From positions 736,001 through 800,000 of the forward strand of contig CAVTRC010000001.1 in assembly GCA_963737065.1 (NCBI GenBank): 64,000 bases of DNA. The letters are read 5' to 3'. Under the pieces are notes generated by a model. That model saw only the letters and a list, made by a program, of their open reading frames with translations. It did no database searches and was not told the DNA's origin. Shown one piece after another: positions 31,146 through 40,591 of the stretch (position 1 is the first letter of the stretch; each line of letters begins with the position of its first letter). A program made the translations under genes and the position numbers. The DNA comes from Candidatus Eremiobacteria bacterium (GTDB lineage Bacteria > Vulcanimicrobiota > Vulcanimicrobiia > Vulcanimicrobiales > Vulcanimicrobiaceae).

Positions 31146-32308
31146 GTGAGCGATACGGCATCGAGACCGAACTCATTCACGCCGACCGCGATGGGACGAG
31201 CAAGACCGACGTTACACCGCCGATCTACCAAACGTCGACGTTTTCGTTTGATGACGCGCAATCCATGGCGCGCGCCGCGCATGCGCCGGGCTTCGAACGG
31301 TTTTACACACGACACGGCAATCCGAATCACGGACAGGTCGAGCGCATTGTCGCCGCGATCGAAGGCGGCGAAGCAGCGATGGTAAGCGCATCCGGCATGG
31401 GCGGAATCTCTGCGACAACGATCTCGCTAACCAAAGCCGGCGATCACGTCGTCGCACAACGCGTGACGTATGCGGGAACGCGATCGCTGTTGTCGTCGGT
31501 GCTCGCGCGGTTTGGCGTCGATGTTACGTTCGTCGATCAAGCCGATACCGCGGCATTCGAGCGCGCCATGCGACCGAACACGACGCTCGTGATGCTGGAA
31601 TCGCCGAGCAATCCGCTTCTCGGCATCACGGACATCGGCGCCGTCGCGCGCATCGCGCACGACGCCGGCGCGTTGGTCACCGTCGACAATACGATCGCGA
31701 CGCCGGTCAATCAACGCCCCGTCGAGCTTGGCGCCGACGTCGTGCTCCACAGCGCGACGAAGTATCTGGGCGGCCACTCGGATCTCATTGCGGGTGTCGT
31801 GGTTTCGTCGAAAGCGCTGATCGCGCGCATTTGGGAAACGCATCACATTCTCGGTGCGACGCTCGGTCCGTTCGATGCGTGGCTGTTGCTGCGCGGACTG
31901 CGGACACTCGAAATGCGGGTCGCACGGCATAACGAAAATGCGCTGCGCCTAGCGCAATTTTTGGAAGAGCATCCGCGGGTCGCGCGCGTCTACTATCCGG
32001 GGCTCGCGTCGCACGATCAACATGAACTCGCGGCGCGCCAAATGAGTGGGTTCGGCGGCCTGTTGAGTTTCGAAGTCAAAGGCAGCTTCGATGATGCCCG
32101 GCGCGTGATCGATAACCTCTCGCTCGTGCACTCCGCCGTCAGTCTCGGCGGCGTTGAGTCGTTGATCGCGCAGCCTGCCGCGATGTGGTCCAACATCCCG
32201 GAGTCGCCGGAGTCGCGGCTGATGGGGATCATTCCGTCGCTCTTGCGCCTCTCCGTCGGCGTTGAACGCATCGAGGACCTGATCGCAGATTTTCAGCGCG
32301 CGCTATGA
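31142..32308 (+). CDS. Cys/Met metabolism PLP enzyme (cystathionine gamma-synthase/methionine gamma-lyase family)
   Basis: PPIYQTSTF, YTRHGNP, ESPSNP, VDNT, HSATKYLGGHSD, SLGGVESL. Confidence 0.93.
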   Translation: MSERYGIETELIHADRDGTSKTDVTPPIYQTSTFSFDDAQSMARAAHAPGFERFYTRHGNPNHGQVERIVAAIEGGEAAMVSASGMGGISATTISLTKAGDHVVAQRVTYAGTRSLLSSVLARFGVDVTFVDQADTAAFERAMRPNTTLVMLESPSNPLLGITDIGAVARIAHDAGALVTVDNTIATPVNQRPVELGADVVLHSATKYLGGHSDLIAGVVVSSKALIARIWETHHILGATLGPFDAWLLLRGLRTLEMRVARHNENALRLAQFLEEHPRVARVYYPGLASHDQHELAARQMSGFGGLLSFEVKGSFDDARRVIDNLSLVHSAVSLGGVESLIAQPAAMWSNIPESPESRLMGIIPSLLRLSVGVERIEDLIADFQRAL

Positions 32309-33129
32309 AGGCGGTCTGGACGCCGGAGATGGAAGTCGGCGAAGAGCTTGCGCAGCGGCTGATCGCGTCGCAGTTTCCCGAGTTTCGCGGTGCGCCGGTT
32401 CGCCGCGTAGCAAACGGCTGGGATAACGTTGCCTTCCTCGTCGATGAACGCATCGTCTTCCGCTTTCCGCAACGTGCTGTTGCCGCACCGCTCATCGAAC
32501 GCGAAATCCAGTTCATGCCTACGATCGCGAAGCGGCTCAAAATCGCCGTTCCGGATCCCGTCTACGTCGGAACTGCTCAATTCGAGTACCCATGGCGATT
32601 CGCCGGATACGAGTTCCTCGCCGGCACAACGGCGTGCGCGATATCCCTGACGCTGCAACAAGGGCGGCATCTGGCCGAAGATCTCGCACATTTCTTACGC
32701 GCACTGCACGACATCGACGTGAAACCGTTCGATGCCTACCTGCCGCCCGACCTGATCGGCAAACTCGATCCGGTGCGATTGAACGTAAACCAGGAGCCGC
32801 CGGCCGGGAAACACGTCCTCGTTCACGGGGACCTCTACGCGCGCCATCTTTTGCTTGACGACGCGAACCGGTTGTGCGGCGTAATCGACTGGGGCGACGT
32901 TCACTGCGGTCATCCCGCCGTCGACCTCTCGGTCGTCCACATGATCGTGCCGCCGCGCGATCACGCCGTTTTCTTCGACGCATACGGGAACGTCGACGAA
33001 CACACGTGGCGCTTTGCGCGCCACCGCGCACGATATCACGCGAGCATGACGTTGAACTACGGTTCGATCATCGGCGATGAAGCGCTAAAAACCGCTGCCC
33101 GCACGGCGCTGCAATTCATAGAGCATTAG
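32305..33129 (+). CDS. APH-family phosphotransferase
   Basis: GWDN, VFRFP, VHGDL...H, GVIDWGD. Confidence 0.88.
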   Translation: MKAVWTPEMEVGEELAQRLIASQFPEFRGAPVRRVANGWDNVAFLVDERIVFRFPQRAVAAPLIEREIQFMPTIAKRLKIAVPDPVYVGTAQFEYPWRFAGYEFLAGTTACAISLTLQQGRHLAEDLAHFLRALHDIDVKPFDAYLPPDLIGKLDPVRLNVNQEPPAGKHVLVHGDLYARHLLLDDANRLCGVIDWGDVHCGHPAVDLSVVHMIVPPRDHAVFFDAYGNVDEHTWRFARHRARYHASMTLNYGSIIGDEALKTAARTALQFIEH

Positions 33130-33151
33130 CCGTTCAGACTCGATCGCAGCT

Positions 33152-34030
33152 CTAGTAGTTGTGCTCGCCGTGCTTGAATATTTTCGCGAGATTTGCGTCG
33201 GCATCAATCTCCACGTCGATCTCACCTTTACTCGAGCTCAACAGCGTGGTTACACCCGGTCCGTGTCCGGCGACGAACGATCGTCCGTGTACGACTACAC
33301 CGACCGAGATCGCGCCGCCGCGATAAATGCGTCCGTACGAGTTATCCGCATCGACGAGCGCGACGATGTCGCCCAAATGCAGATCGCGCAACCCATATTT
33401 CTCAGCGATCGCGTCGTCGAACGTTTGAATGTCGTAATCGCCGCGCACCACAGTTGCGCGCCCGAGTCCCGAACCCATGACTGCCGCAGGAACCGTCTTC
33501 GCGACGCGAACCTGCACGCGCCCGCCTTTCACGTCGACGCCCATCCGGTGAAACAGATCAGGGTCCGCGTTGAACGCTTTGACGCCCGGCGCATCCGGCA
33601 GCCGCATTCCCAAACCGCATGCCCACACTTGAATGCGATCGCCGATTGCCATTTTGCGCATGACGTCGAACGGAAAATCAATCATGACGTGTTCGACGCC
33701 GCCGTGCTTTCCGGTGACGCGTCCGCGCTCGCCCTTTGCGTCACCGCTGAGGACGACCGCCTCGTTGCCGACGCAGGCGAGCGTATTGAGCGCGGTGTTC
33801 TGACGGTCGTCGGGATGGCGCACGCTGACGCCGGGCTCGATATGGTCGGCCATGAAGGCAAACGCCGAATCGCCGACGCGCACGTTCGGCGTTATTCCGC
33901 CGACGGATGGAACGATCAGCGGCCGGCCGTCGAACGTCACCTCGTAGAGCCCGCTGTTGACGAGCATGGGGGCCGCCTCTCCGACGACGGCACTCATTAC
34001 TAATTCTTCGCGGTTGATTCGGACCGTCAA
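33152..34030 (-). CDS. DUF4438 family protein
   Basis: TTG start after RBS AAGGGAG; VGGITPNVRVGD, DHIEPGVS, ACVGN, GKHGGVEH, MGSGLG, DYDIQ, GHGPGVT. Confidence 0.8.
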   Translation of the reverse strand: MTVRINREELVMSAVVGEAAPMLVNSGLYEVTFDGRPLIVPSVGGITPNVRVGDSAFAFMADHIEPGVSVRHPDDRQNTALNTLACVGNEAVVLSGDAKGERGRVTGKHGGVEHVMIDFPFDVMRKMAIGDRIQVWACGLGMRLPDAPGVKAFNADPDLFHRMGVDVKGGRVQVRVAKTVPAAVMGSGLGRATVVRGDYDIQTFDDAIAEKYGLRDLHLGDIVALVDADNSYGRIYRGGAISVGVVVHGRSFVAGHGPGVTTLLSSSKGEIDVEIDADANLAKIFKHGEHNY

Positions 34031-34073
34031 CGGACTCCCTTCGATTCGTCGCGAACGCCTTAGCCGTTTCCAC

Positions 34074-34442
34074 ATGCAGATTCGCAAGCACTTCCGCTTT
34101 GAAGCGGCTCACGTTCTTCCGCACCACCCCGGCAAATGTTCCCGCATGCACGGGCATTCCTACCGCCTCGACGTCGCGGTTCGCGGACCGATTCACAGCG
34201 ATGGTCCGGCGCGCGGCATGATCGAAGATTTCGAGCAGATCAAGGCGATTGTCTGCGAGCACGTCGTCAATATTTTGGACCATCGGACGCTCAACGATCT
34301 CATCGATAATCCAACCGCCGAACACATCATCATGTGGATCTGGCGCGCATTGGAAAATCAGTTGAGCGGCCTCGACGAGCTCGTGCTGTGGGAGACCGCC
34401 ACGAGTTGCGCCGTGCTTCGGCGCAGCGATCTCGGGGCGTGA
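34074..34442 (+). CDS. queD: 6-carboxytetrahydropterin synthase
   Basis: FEAAH, C.RMHGHSY, LDHRTLND, NPTAE, WET. Confidence 0.93.
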   Translation: MQIRKHFRFEAAHVLPHHPGKCSRMHGHSYRLDVAVRGPIHSDGPARGMIEDFEQIKAIVCEHVVNILDHRTLNDLIDNPTAEHIIMWIWRALENQLSGLDELVLWETATSCAVLRRSDLGA

Positions 34443-35017
34443 TGCTTCAGCTGGCTGAAATTTTCTATAGCATTCAAGGCGAGGGACTGTGGAGCGGAAC
34501 GCCGGCGGTTTTCGTTCGACTCGCCGGGTGTAATCTAGCCTGCGACTTCTGCGATACGGACTACGCGTTGAAATTCATGGCAAGCGTGCGCGAAGTCGTT
34601 GCGCGCGTCAACGAGCTCGGCGGTGATTGCCCGATGGTGATTCTCACCGGTGGTGAGCCGCTCGCCCAGGCCGAAACGCTCGACCTCATCAACGCGCTGC
34701 AAACGGACGGACGGCGCGTGCATATTGAATCGAACGGCACCATCTTCACCGAACTTCCGCCCGATGTATGGCTCTGCGTCTCTCCGAAGGAACGCGTCGA
34801 TCCGCGCATGGCGAAACGCGCGAACGAAGCAAAGCTGATCGTCGACGGGCGCGTGCCGGAGGAGCATCTTGCACTCTTCGAAGAGCAGTCCACCATTCTG
34901 TTACAGCCGGAAGGCAACAAGCGTCCGAACGTTGAGCTTGCATTGGCATACGCGAAGCTGCACCCTAAACGGTTTCGCATCTCGCTTCAAACCCACAAGT
35001 TGATTGGAGTCCCGTGA
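34442..35017 (+). CDS. queE: 7-carboxy-7-deazaguanine synthase (radical SAM)
   Basis: EIFYSIQGEG, FVRLAGCNLACDFCDTD, TGGEP, ESNGT, VSPK, SLQTHK. Confidence 0.93.
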   Translation: MLQLAEIFYSIQGEGLWSGTPAVFVRLAGCNLACDFCDTDYALKFMASVREVVARVNELGGDCPMVILTGGEPLAQAETLDLINALQTDGRRVHIESNGTIFTELPPDVWLCVSPKERVDPRMAKRANEAKLIVDGRVPEEHLALFEEQSTILLQPEGNKRPNVELALAYAKLHPKRFRISLQTHKLIGVP

Positions 35018-35631
35018 TTCTTCTCGTCTGTGCCGTCGCACAAGAACTGGAGTGGCTCAATTCTCGAGCGGGCGTTGAATTGCTCGTGAGCGGCGTTGGT
35101 CCGGTTGATGCAGCCGCGCGCGTGGCAACAGCGCTCGCGCAGAGACGCTACGACTTGGTGGTCAACGCCGGAATCGCGGGCGCGCTTCCGAGCGCGGCCA
35201 ACGTCGGCGACGGCGTTGTGGTCGGTGAAGAGTCGATGGAAGTGAGTCTCGAGACGGGCGAGCGCATCATGCTTTCCGACGGTGACATCATCGTCGATCG
35301 CGTGCCGGCAGATGCGCACCTCGTCGACGCGTTGACGGCGCTCGGCTTCCGGCTCGTCCGCGGTATCACCGTTTCGCGCGTCACGTCGACCGACGCAACC
35401 GCGCATCGCCTTCGCCAGCGCGGTGCGGACGTCGAGTCAATGGAAGGGTTCTCCGTTATGCGCGCGGCGCAACTTGCCGGCGTGCCGTGCGTCGAAGTAC
35501 GCGGCATCTCCAATGTCGCGGGCGACCGTGCGAAGAGCGGCTGGGATTTCGACGCCGGAGTACGCGGGCTCCGAAACGTGCTCAACGCCACCCTCGATCT
35601 TCTTCACACGATGCCGGCCCATGTTGACTGA
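35014..35631 (+). CDS. mqnB: Futalosine hydrolase
   Basis: SGVGPVDAA, VNAGIAG, ESMEG, EVRGISN; adjacent to mqnD. Confidence 0.85.
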   Translation: MILLVCAVAQELEWLNSRAGVELLVSGVGPVDAAARVATALAQRRYDLVVNAGIAGALPSAANVGDGVVVGEESMEVSLETGERIMLSDGDIIVDRVPADAHLVDALTALGFRLVRGITVSRVTSTDATAHRLRQRGADVESMEGFSVMRAAQLAGVPCVEVRGISNVAGDRAKSGWDFDAGVRGLRNVLNATLDLLHTMPAHVD

Positions 35632-36466
35632 GAACGAGACGTACACGCTCGCGTATTCACCTTGTCCCAACGATACGTACATCTTCGCGGCGCTCACGAA
35701 CCGATTGCTGAACGGCGCGCCCGATGTCCGCGTCCATCTCGCCGACATCGAACAACTCAACGATTCCGCTGCACGCGCGGAGTTCGCTCTCACGAAAGCG
35801 AGTTATGGCGCGATTCCGTTCTTGATGCGCGACTACCGGCTGCTGCGCGCGGGCGGCGCGCTGGGACGCGGCTGCGGCCCCCTCGTGCTCAGCCGCCCCG
35901 GTGAGCTGACGTCGCTGGACTCGCTGCGCGGTAAACGCATTGGGATTCCAGGCGAACGGACGACGGCGTTCATGCTGCTACAACTGGCGCTCGGCATGCG
36001 CCCCGCTACGGTCGAGATGCGCTTCGATGCGATCGTTGCGGCCGTCGCAAACGGTGAAGTGGATGCGGGACTCGTCATTCACGAATCCCGCTTCACGTAT
36101 CGCGATGCAGGACTGATCTCCGTCGCAGATCTCGGCGAATGGTGGGAAACCACGACCGGCATGCCGGTTCCGCTTGGCGGCATTCTCGTACGGAACGATA
36201 TCGAGGATGCACGCGCGGAAGCGATCAACGATGCGATCCGCGCGAGCCTTCGGTTTGCGCGCGAGCGCGAAACAGCCGTCATGCCGTACGTTCGAGAGCA
36301 CGCTTTCGAGATGAGCGACGACGTGATGCGAAAACACATCGACCTCTATGTGAACGCGTACAGCGACGACCTGGGCAACGACGGCGTCGCGGCCATTGAA
36401 GAACTGTTTCGCCGGGCACGCGCAGCGCGCATCATTCCGCAGGACACCGGTCTGCGAATGATATGA
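35621..36466 (+). CDS. mqnD: 1,4-dihydroxy-6-naphthoate synthase
   Basis: YSPCPNDTYIF, GGALGRGCGP, VIHESRFTY, DLGEWWE..TG.PVPLG, HIDLYVN. Confidence 0.94.
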   Translation: MLTENETYTLAYSPCPNDTYIFAALTNRLLNGAPDVRVHLADIEQLNDSAARAEFALTKASYGAIPFLMRDYRLLRAGGALGRGCGPLVLSRPGELTSLDSLRGKRIGIPGERTTAFMLLQLALGMRPATVEMRFDAIVAAVANGEVDAGLVIHESRFTYRDAGLISVADLGEWWETTTGMPVPLGGILVRNDIEDARAEAINDAIRASLRFARERETAVMPYVREHAFEMSDDVMRKHIDLYVNAYSDDLGNDGVAAIEELFRRARAARIIPQDTGLRMI

Positions 36467-37683
36467 ATCGCCGACGACTCCTGGCCACGGCGGGCGCGGT
36501 TCTCGCCTCCCGCGCCTTTGCATACGGCGCGCCGCTTCCGCGCGCCAAGATCACGCTCGGCGATGAAGTGTTTTTGCGCGAGACGTGGCGCGAGCTCAAA
36601 GGGCGCGGCGTTGGCGTCATTACCAATCAAACCGGTGTGACGTCGCGTCTCGTCTCCATCGTCGATGAAATACGCGCCAATCCGGCAATTCGGGTCAAAG
36701 CGATCTACGCTCCCGAACACGGCTTCCGCGGCGACCGCACGGCGGGCGCGTACGTTGCATCATACACAGATGCGTCGAGCGGCCTGCCCGTCTACAGTTT
36801 GTATGGACCGACGCGTCATCCGAGCGCGTCGATGCTCGCCGGCGTCGACGTGCTGCTCTTCGACATTCAAGATGTCGGTTCGCGCGCGTACACGTTTATT
36901 TCAACGATGGCCTACGCAATGCAATCGGCAAAGCAATACGGCAAAGAGATATGGATTCTCGATCGTCCGAATCCCGTCGGCACGACGGTCGAAGGTCCCG
37001 TTCTCGAGCCGCCGTTTGAATCGTTTATCGGCCTCTATCCGATTGCGATGCGTCACGGCATGACGGTTGGCGAACTCGCGAAGCTCTTCAACGACCGCTT
37101 CGGTATCGGCGCACCGCTGCGCGTCATTCCGATGCGCGGGTACGATGCTTCGATGATTTGGCCGGACACCGGTTTGCAATGGGTGCAGAGCTCGCCAAAC
37201 ATTCCCGAATGGCAGACGACGTTTCCGTACCTCTGCACGGGGCTGATCGACAGCGCCGGCGTCAACAACGGCACCGGTTTTACCAAGCCGTTCTTTTATG
37301 CCGGTATGATCGGCGTTGACGGCAACGCGCTTGCGCGGCGCCTGAACGATCGGAATCTTCCCGGCGTGTACTTCCGTCCCGCGGCGTGGTCGCCGATTTC
37401 CGGTTTTTGGGAAGGCAAGGAACTCAGTGGCGTCGAGCTCGTCGTGTTCGATCCGCGTTCGTTTCTAGCCGTGCGAAGCGCCGTTGAAATTCTCGTCGCC
37501 GTACGTGAAGTTTCGCCGCACACCATCCACATCAAAGAGCCGAACGCCCTCGACCGCGATTGGGGAACGGCGAGTTTGCGCGAAGATCTCGTCGGCGGTG
37601 CGAGTGCGAATGCCATCGAGAACCGCTGGACCGCGGCAACGCAAGACTTCCGCCTGCTACGAAACCGCTACGCGCTGTATTAA
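36463..37683 (+). CDS. namZ: Exo-beta-N-acetylmuramidase NamZ (DUF1343) family, Tat-like signal
   Basis: MNRRRLL, ITNQTG, APEHGFRG, FDIQDVGSR.YT, LDRPNP, RHGMTVGELA, SPNIP. Confidence 0.88.
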   Translation: MNRRRLLATAGAVLASRAFAYGAPLPRAKITLGDEVFLRETWRELKGRGVGVITNQTGVTSRLVSIVDEIRANPAIRVKAIYAPEHGFRGDRTAGAYVASYTDASSGLPVYSLYGPTRHPSASMLAGVDVLLFDIQDVGSRAYTFISTMAYAMQSAKQYGKEIWILDRPNPVGTTVEGPVLEPPFESFIGLYPIAMRHGMTVGELAKLFNDRFGIGAPLRVIPMRGYDASMIWPDTGLQWVQSSPNIPEWQTTFPYLCTGLIDSAGVNNGTGFTKPFFYAGMIGVDGNALARRLNDRNLPGVYFRPAAWSPISGFWEGKELSGVELVVFDPRSFLAVRSAVEILVAVREVSPHTIHIKEPNALDRDWGTASLREDLVGGASANAIENRWTAATQDFRLLRNRYALY

Positions 37684-37711
37684 TCGCCGGCGTGCTACAA
37701 GCGGCTCGTCC

Positions 37712-38632
37712 TCATGACGAGCGGGCTCCCGCGGGATAGTCGCGATCGGTGAGGGGAACGTGCACGTACTCTTGCGCAGCGCGCGACACGCCGAGAAAAT
37801 CGAGAATGCGCCGCATGATCGCGCTGTCGTGGTCGACGACCTTGCGAACGTTCTTCATCTGGCGCGGATCGTTACCGGCCAGAAAGAATTCGTGCGCCGG
37901 CATCAGCGTCCAATACTTCTTGAAGGGATCGAAGATCTGCTCGCGCCACACCGGCGACGTTCCATCTTCATCGTCGCCGTGACGTTCACGAAATTTCCGT
38001 AAGAACTCGGCCGCGACGATGCGCAAGGTCTTTGCGTGACGGCCGTCGTCTTCGGCCGCACGCGGCGCCATCGCGCCGAGCACCGACGCGATTCTGTACG
38101 TCTGTTCTTCGGCGTACGAACGGATCGCGACCGACGCTTCGTAGGACGCCATGAAGATCGCGAGCACCGCCGGATGCAGCGCTTCAATGGCCGGCATGAG
38201 CGCCGAAAACAGTGGACTCTCCTCGCTGCGCGGCTCGATGCCCGGATATTGTTGGTCGGCGAGCCATTCGAGCTTCACCATCGTTGCAACGTGTGAGGCC
38301 TCATCGTTCATCAACGCGGAGAGCGCGCGACGGTACGCTACGTCGAGTTTCTCCACGTCGGCGTAGACCAAGAGCCGGCGCGCAATGGATACGGCAATTT
38401 CCTCCGCACGCGTTTGCACGGCGACCACGGACTTATAGAAGCGAGCGAGGCGGCGCGCGCGATTGGTGCTCACGTTGGTACGAATCGGGAAGAGCGGGGC
38501 GTCATTCCACGGCATGCGGTCGACATGCCAGTGATTGGCGATCATCTGATCCGCTAGATTACTCGCTACCGGGCGAAAGTCGCCGGCTCGGACGTCCGAG
38601 CCCAAGACCTCGGAAATAGAATGCGCCTGCAC
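37712..38632 (-). CDS. Ferritin-like diiron protein (desaturase/AurF-like fold)
   Basis: RBS GGGAGAGG; HWHVDRMPW; spaced ligands AEE...DEASH...YE...EDDGRH. Confidence 0.6.
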   Translation of the reverse strand: MQAHSISEVLGSDVRAGDFRPVASNLADQMIANHWHVDRMPWNDAPLFPIRTNVSTNRARRLARFYKSVVAVQTRAEEIAVSIARRLLVYADVEKLDVAYRRALSALMNDEASHVATMVKLEWLADQQYPGIEPRSEESPLFSALMPAIEALHPAVLAIFMASYEASVAIRSYAEEQTYRIASVLGAMAPRAAEDDGRHAKTLRIVAAEFLRKFRERHGDDEDGTSPVWREQIFDPFKKYWTLMPAHEFFLAGNDPRQMKNVRKVVDHDSAIMRRILDFLGVSRAAQEYVHVPLTDRDYPAGARSS

Positions 38633-38714
38633 GAACCTCTCCCTTCATGGCGATTTCATCTACTGTTGACGCGCGGCCGAACGGTAAACCTGCTACGCGC
38701 GTGCGCAGTTTCGT

Positions 38715-39230
38715 CTACCGGTTAGCCTCGCCGCGAACGCGGATTTGATGTAACTGCCAGAGGTGCACGAAGCGGGTCAATTCTTCTTTCATCTGTTGCG
38801 AGATGTCGATGAACTTCATTCCATGCGCTAGTCGGCGGGTGCTCGGTATGTAAAAGGTCGACCGCACCGTTGCGCGCGCGTGCATAGGTTCGAACGGCGG
38901 CGGTTGTGCCTTCACGGTTTCAGGGCGTAGTCCGAACGGCGTCTGTTCGAAGACCTCTTTTTCGATCGTGAGTCCGGCGAGAAAATCTTCGGGAAGGCGG
39001 AAGTCGAGATCGAGCATCGAGCCTTGCAGCAAGTCCTCGTCTGTCGAAAGCCGTAGACCGCCGGCTGAAAGGTCGTTAACGCGTCCGTGACGGCGGCCCG
39101 CGCGATGCTCGAGCACGTAGAGCACGTCGAATTCGACGGGCATGCGAAACGCCGAGCGCTGTTGCGCGGGATCCGGCGGCGCTTTTTTCGGCGACTGCTG
39201 TGTGTGCTTTTTGCGCCAAAAAGAGAACAC
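38715..39230 (-). CDS. PilZ domain protein (c-di-GMP receptor)
   Basis: QQRSAFRM (RxxxR) and DLSAGG (DxSxxG). Confidence 0.85.
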   Translation of the reverse strand: MFSFWRKKHTQQSPKKAPPDPAQQRSAFRMPVEFDVLYVLEHRAGRRHGRVNDLSAGGLRLSTDEDLLQGSMLDLDFRLPEDFLAGLTIEKEVFEQTPFGLRPETVKAQPPPFEPMHARATVRSTFYIPSTRRLAHGMKFIDISQQMKEELTRFVHLWQLHQIRVRGEANR

Positions 39231-39391
39231 GACACGTCGACCTTAAGGCGAGCAGGCGGTGCTTCCTGCTCGGCAGGGCGCGTCACCGCGTGGCCCAAAC
39301 GCACGTCATGCATGATGGACCGGTTGACGCGGCGGCTGAATTCGGCAGAAACCACTCCAAGCGGCGCACGGCGCTGTAAGGTGCGCACTGC

Positions 39392-40585
39392 ATGACGGTC
39401 GAGCAGATCGCCGAATTGCTTGCCGCAAGCAACCGCGACGGTAAAGCCGTCGCCGTCACCGGCGGTGGGACGTTGAGCGGCATGGGCCGTCCGCCTGCGC
39501 GCACCGATGTTACACTCTCGATGCTTGCGCTCGACGCAATCATCGAAGATGCGCCGGCCGATCTCAGCGTCACCGTCGAGAGCGGCGTTCGCGTGCGTGT
39601 GCTCGCGCAGCGACTCGCGCGGCACGGAATGCACGTGCCGTTCGACGCCCCGCGCCCCGCTGACGCGACGGTCGGCGGGACGCTCGCAGCAGGGTGGTTA
39701 GGACCGCGCCGTCATCGATACGGACGCCCGCGCGATTTCGTCATCGGGTCGGTCGCGGTGCTTGCCGATGGAACGATCGCGCGCGCGGGCGGAATGGCGG
39801 AGAAAAGCGTTGCCGGCTACGACATGAGCCGGCTCTACGTTGGTTCGTTCGGAACGCTCGCCGTGATCGTTCAAGTGAACCTCAAAACAGCGACGGCGCC
39901 CGAAGTTTCGCGCGGATTTCATATGCGTCTTCCGGAAGGGACGCGAGCGCGTGCGCTCGAGTTACTCGCCGGATTGCCGGTCACGCCGGCGGCCGCATTC
40001 TGGATCGAAGGTTTCAAAACCGCAATTGACGGTGAGGACGGCGCAGAAGGCCGCCTCTACGTTCTACTCGAGGGAAGCGAGACGATCGTCGATCGCGGAA
40101 CGCGGGATCTCCGCGCCGCGATGGGACGCGCGGGCGTTCCGGAAACGCGGGTCGTCGACGCAGGTGCGCACGAAGCGTTCGAACGCGCCGTCGACGCGTA
40201 CATCGCCTGCGTCGGCGAACGGTCGATCACCTATCGCGTTCCCGCATTTATCGACGATGCGATCTCGCGCGTGAACCGCATGCGCACAATCGCAGCACGC
40301 TTCGAGTTGCGCACCGACGCGCTGATCGACGCCATGAACGGTGACGTCATCTTCCGCGTGAGCGACCTGGATGCCCATGCGCTCGGCGCAAAGATCCAAA
40401 TGTTCGACGATGCACTGCACGATGAAGAGCCGCAAGCGCTCGTCATCGCAGGCAAGCACCCCAACCGCGCTGTGCTCGCCGTGTGGGGCTCCGATACCGA
40501 CGGCGTCGAACGGATGCGCGCGCTCAAAGAGAAGTTCGATCCGAACCGGATTCTCAACCCCGGGTCTTTCTTGGCCGGCATCTGA
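39392..40585 (+). CDS. FAD-binding oxidoreductase, GlcE-like
   Basis: ATVGGTLA, GPRRHRYGRPRD, GG..EKSVAGYD.SRL..GSFGTL, KEKFDPNRILNPG. Confidence 0.82.
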   Translation: MTVEQIAELLAASNRDGKAVAVTGGGTLSGMGRPPARTDVTLSMLALDAIIEDAPADLSVTVESGVRVRVLAQRLARHGMHVPFDAPRPADATVGGTLAAGWLGPRRHRYGRPRDFVIGSVAVLADGTIARAGGMAEKSVAGYDMSRLYVGSFGTLAVIVQVNLKTATAPEVSRGFHMRLPEGTRARALELLAGLPVTPAAAFWIEGFKTAIDGEDGAEGRLYVLLEGSETIVDRGTRDLRAAMGRAGVPETRVVDAGAHEAFERAVDAYIACVGERSITYRVPAFIDDAISRVNRMRTIAARFELRTDALIDAMNGDVIFRVSDLDAHALGAKIQMFDDALHDEEPQALVIAGKHPNRAVLAVWGSDTDGVERMRALKEKFDPNRILNPGSFLAGI

Positions 40586-40591
40586 ACCGAC

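Noticed and set aside
34074..35017. queD/queE as a 7-deazaguanine DNA-modification (dpd) defence island or a toyocamycin-type cluster
   Set aside because: No dpdA/tgt paralog, queC or tailoring genes nearby; context is housekeeping
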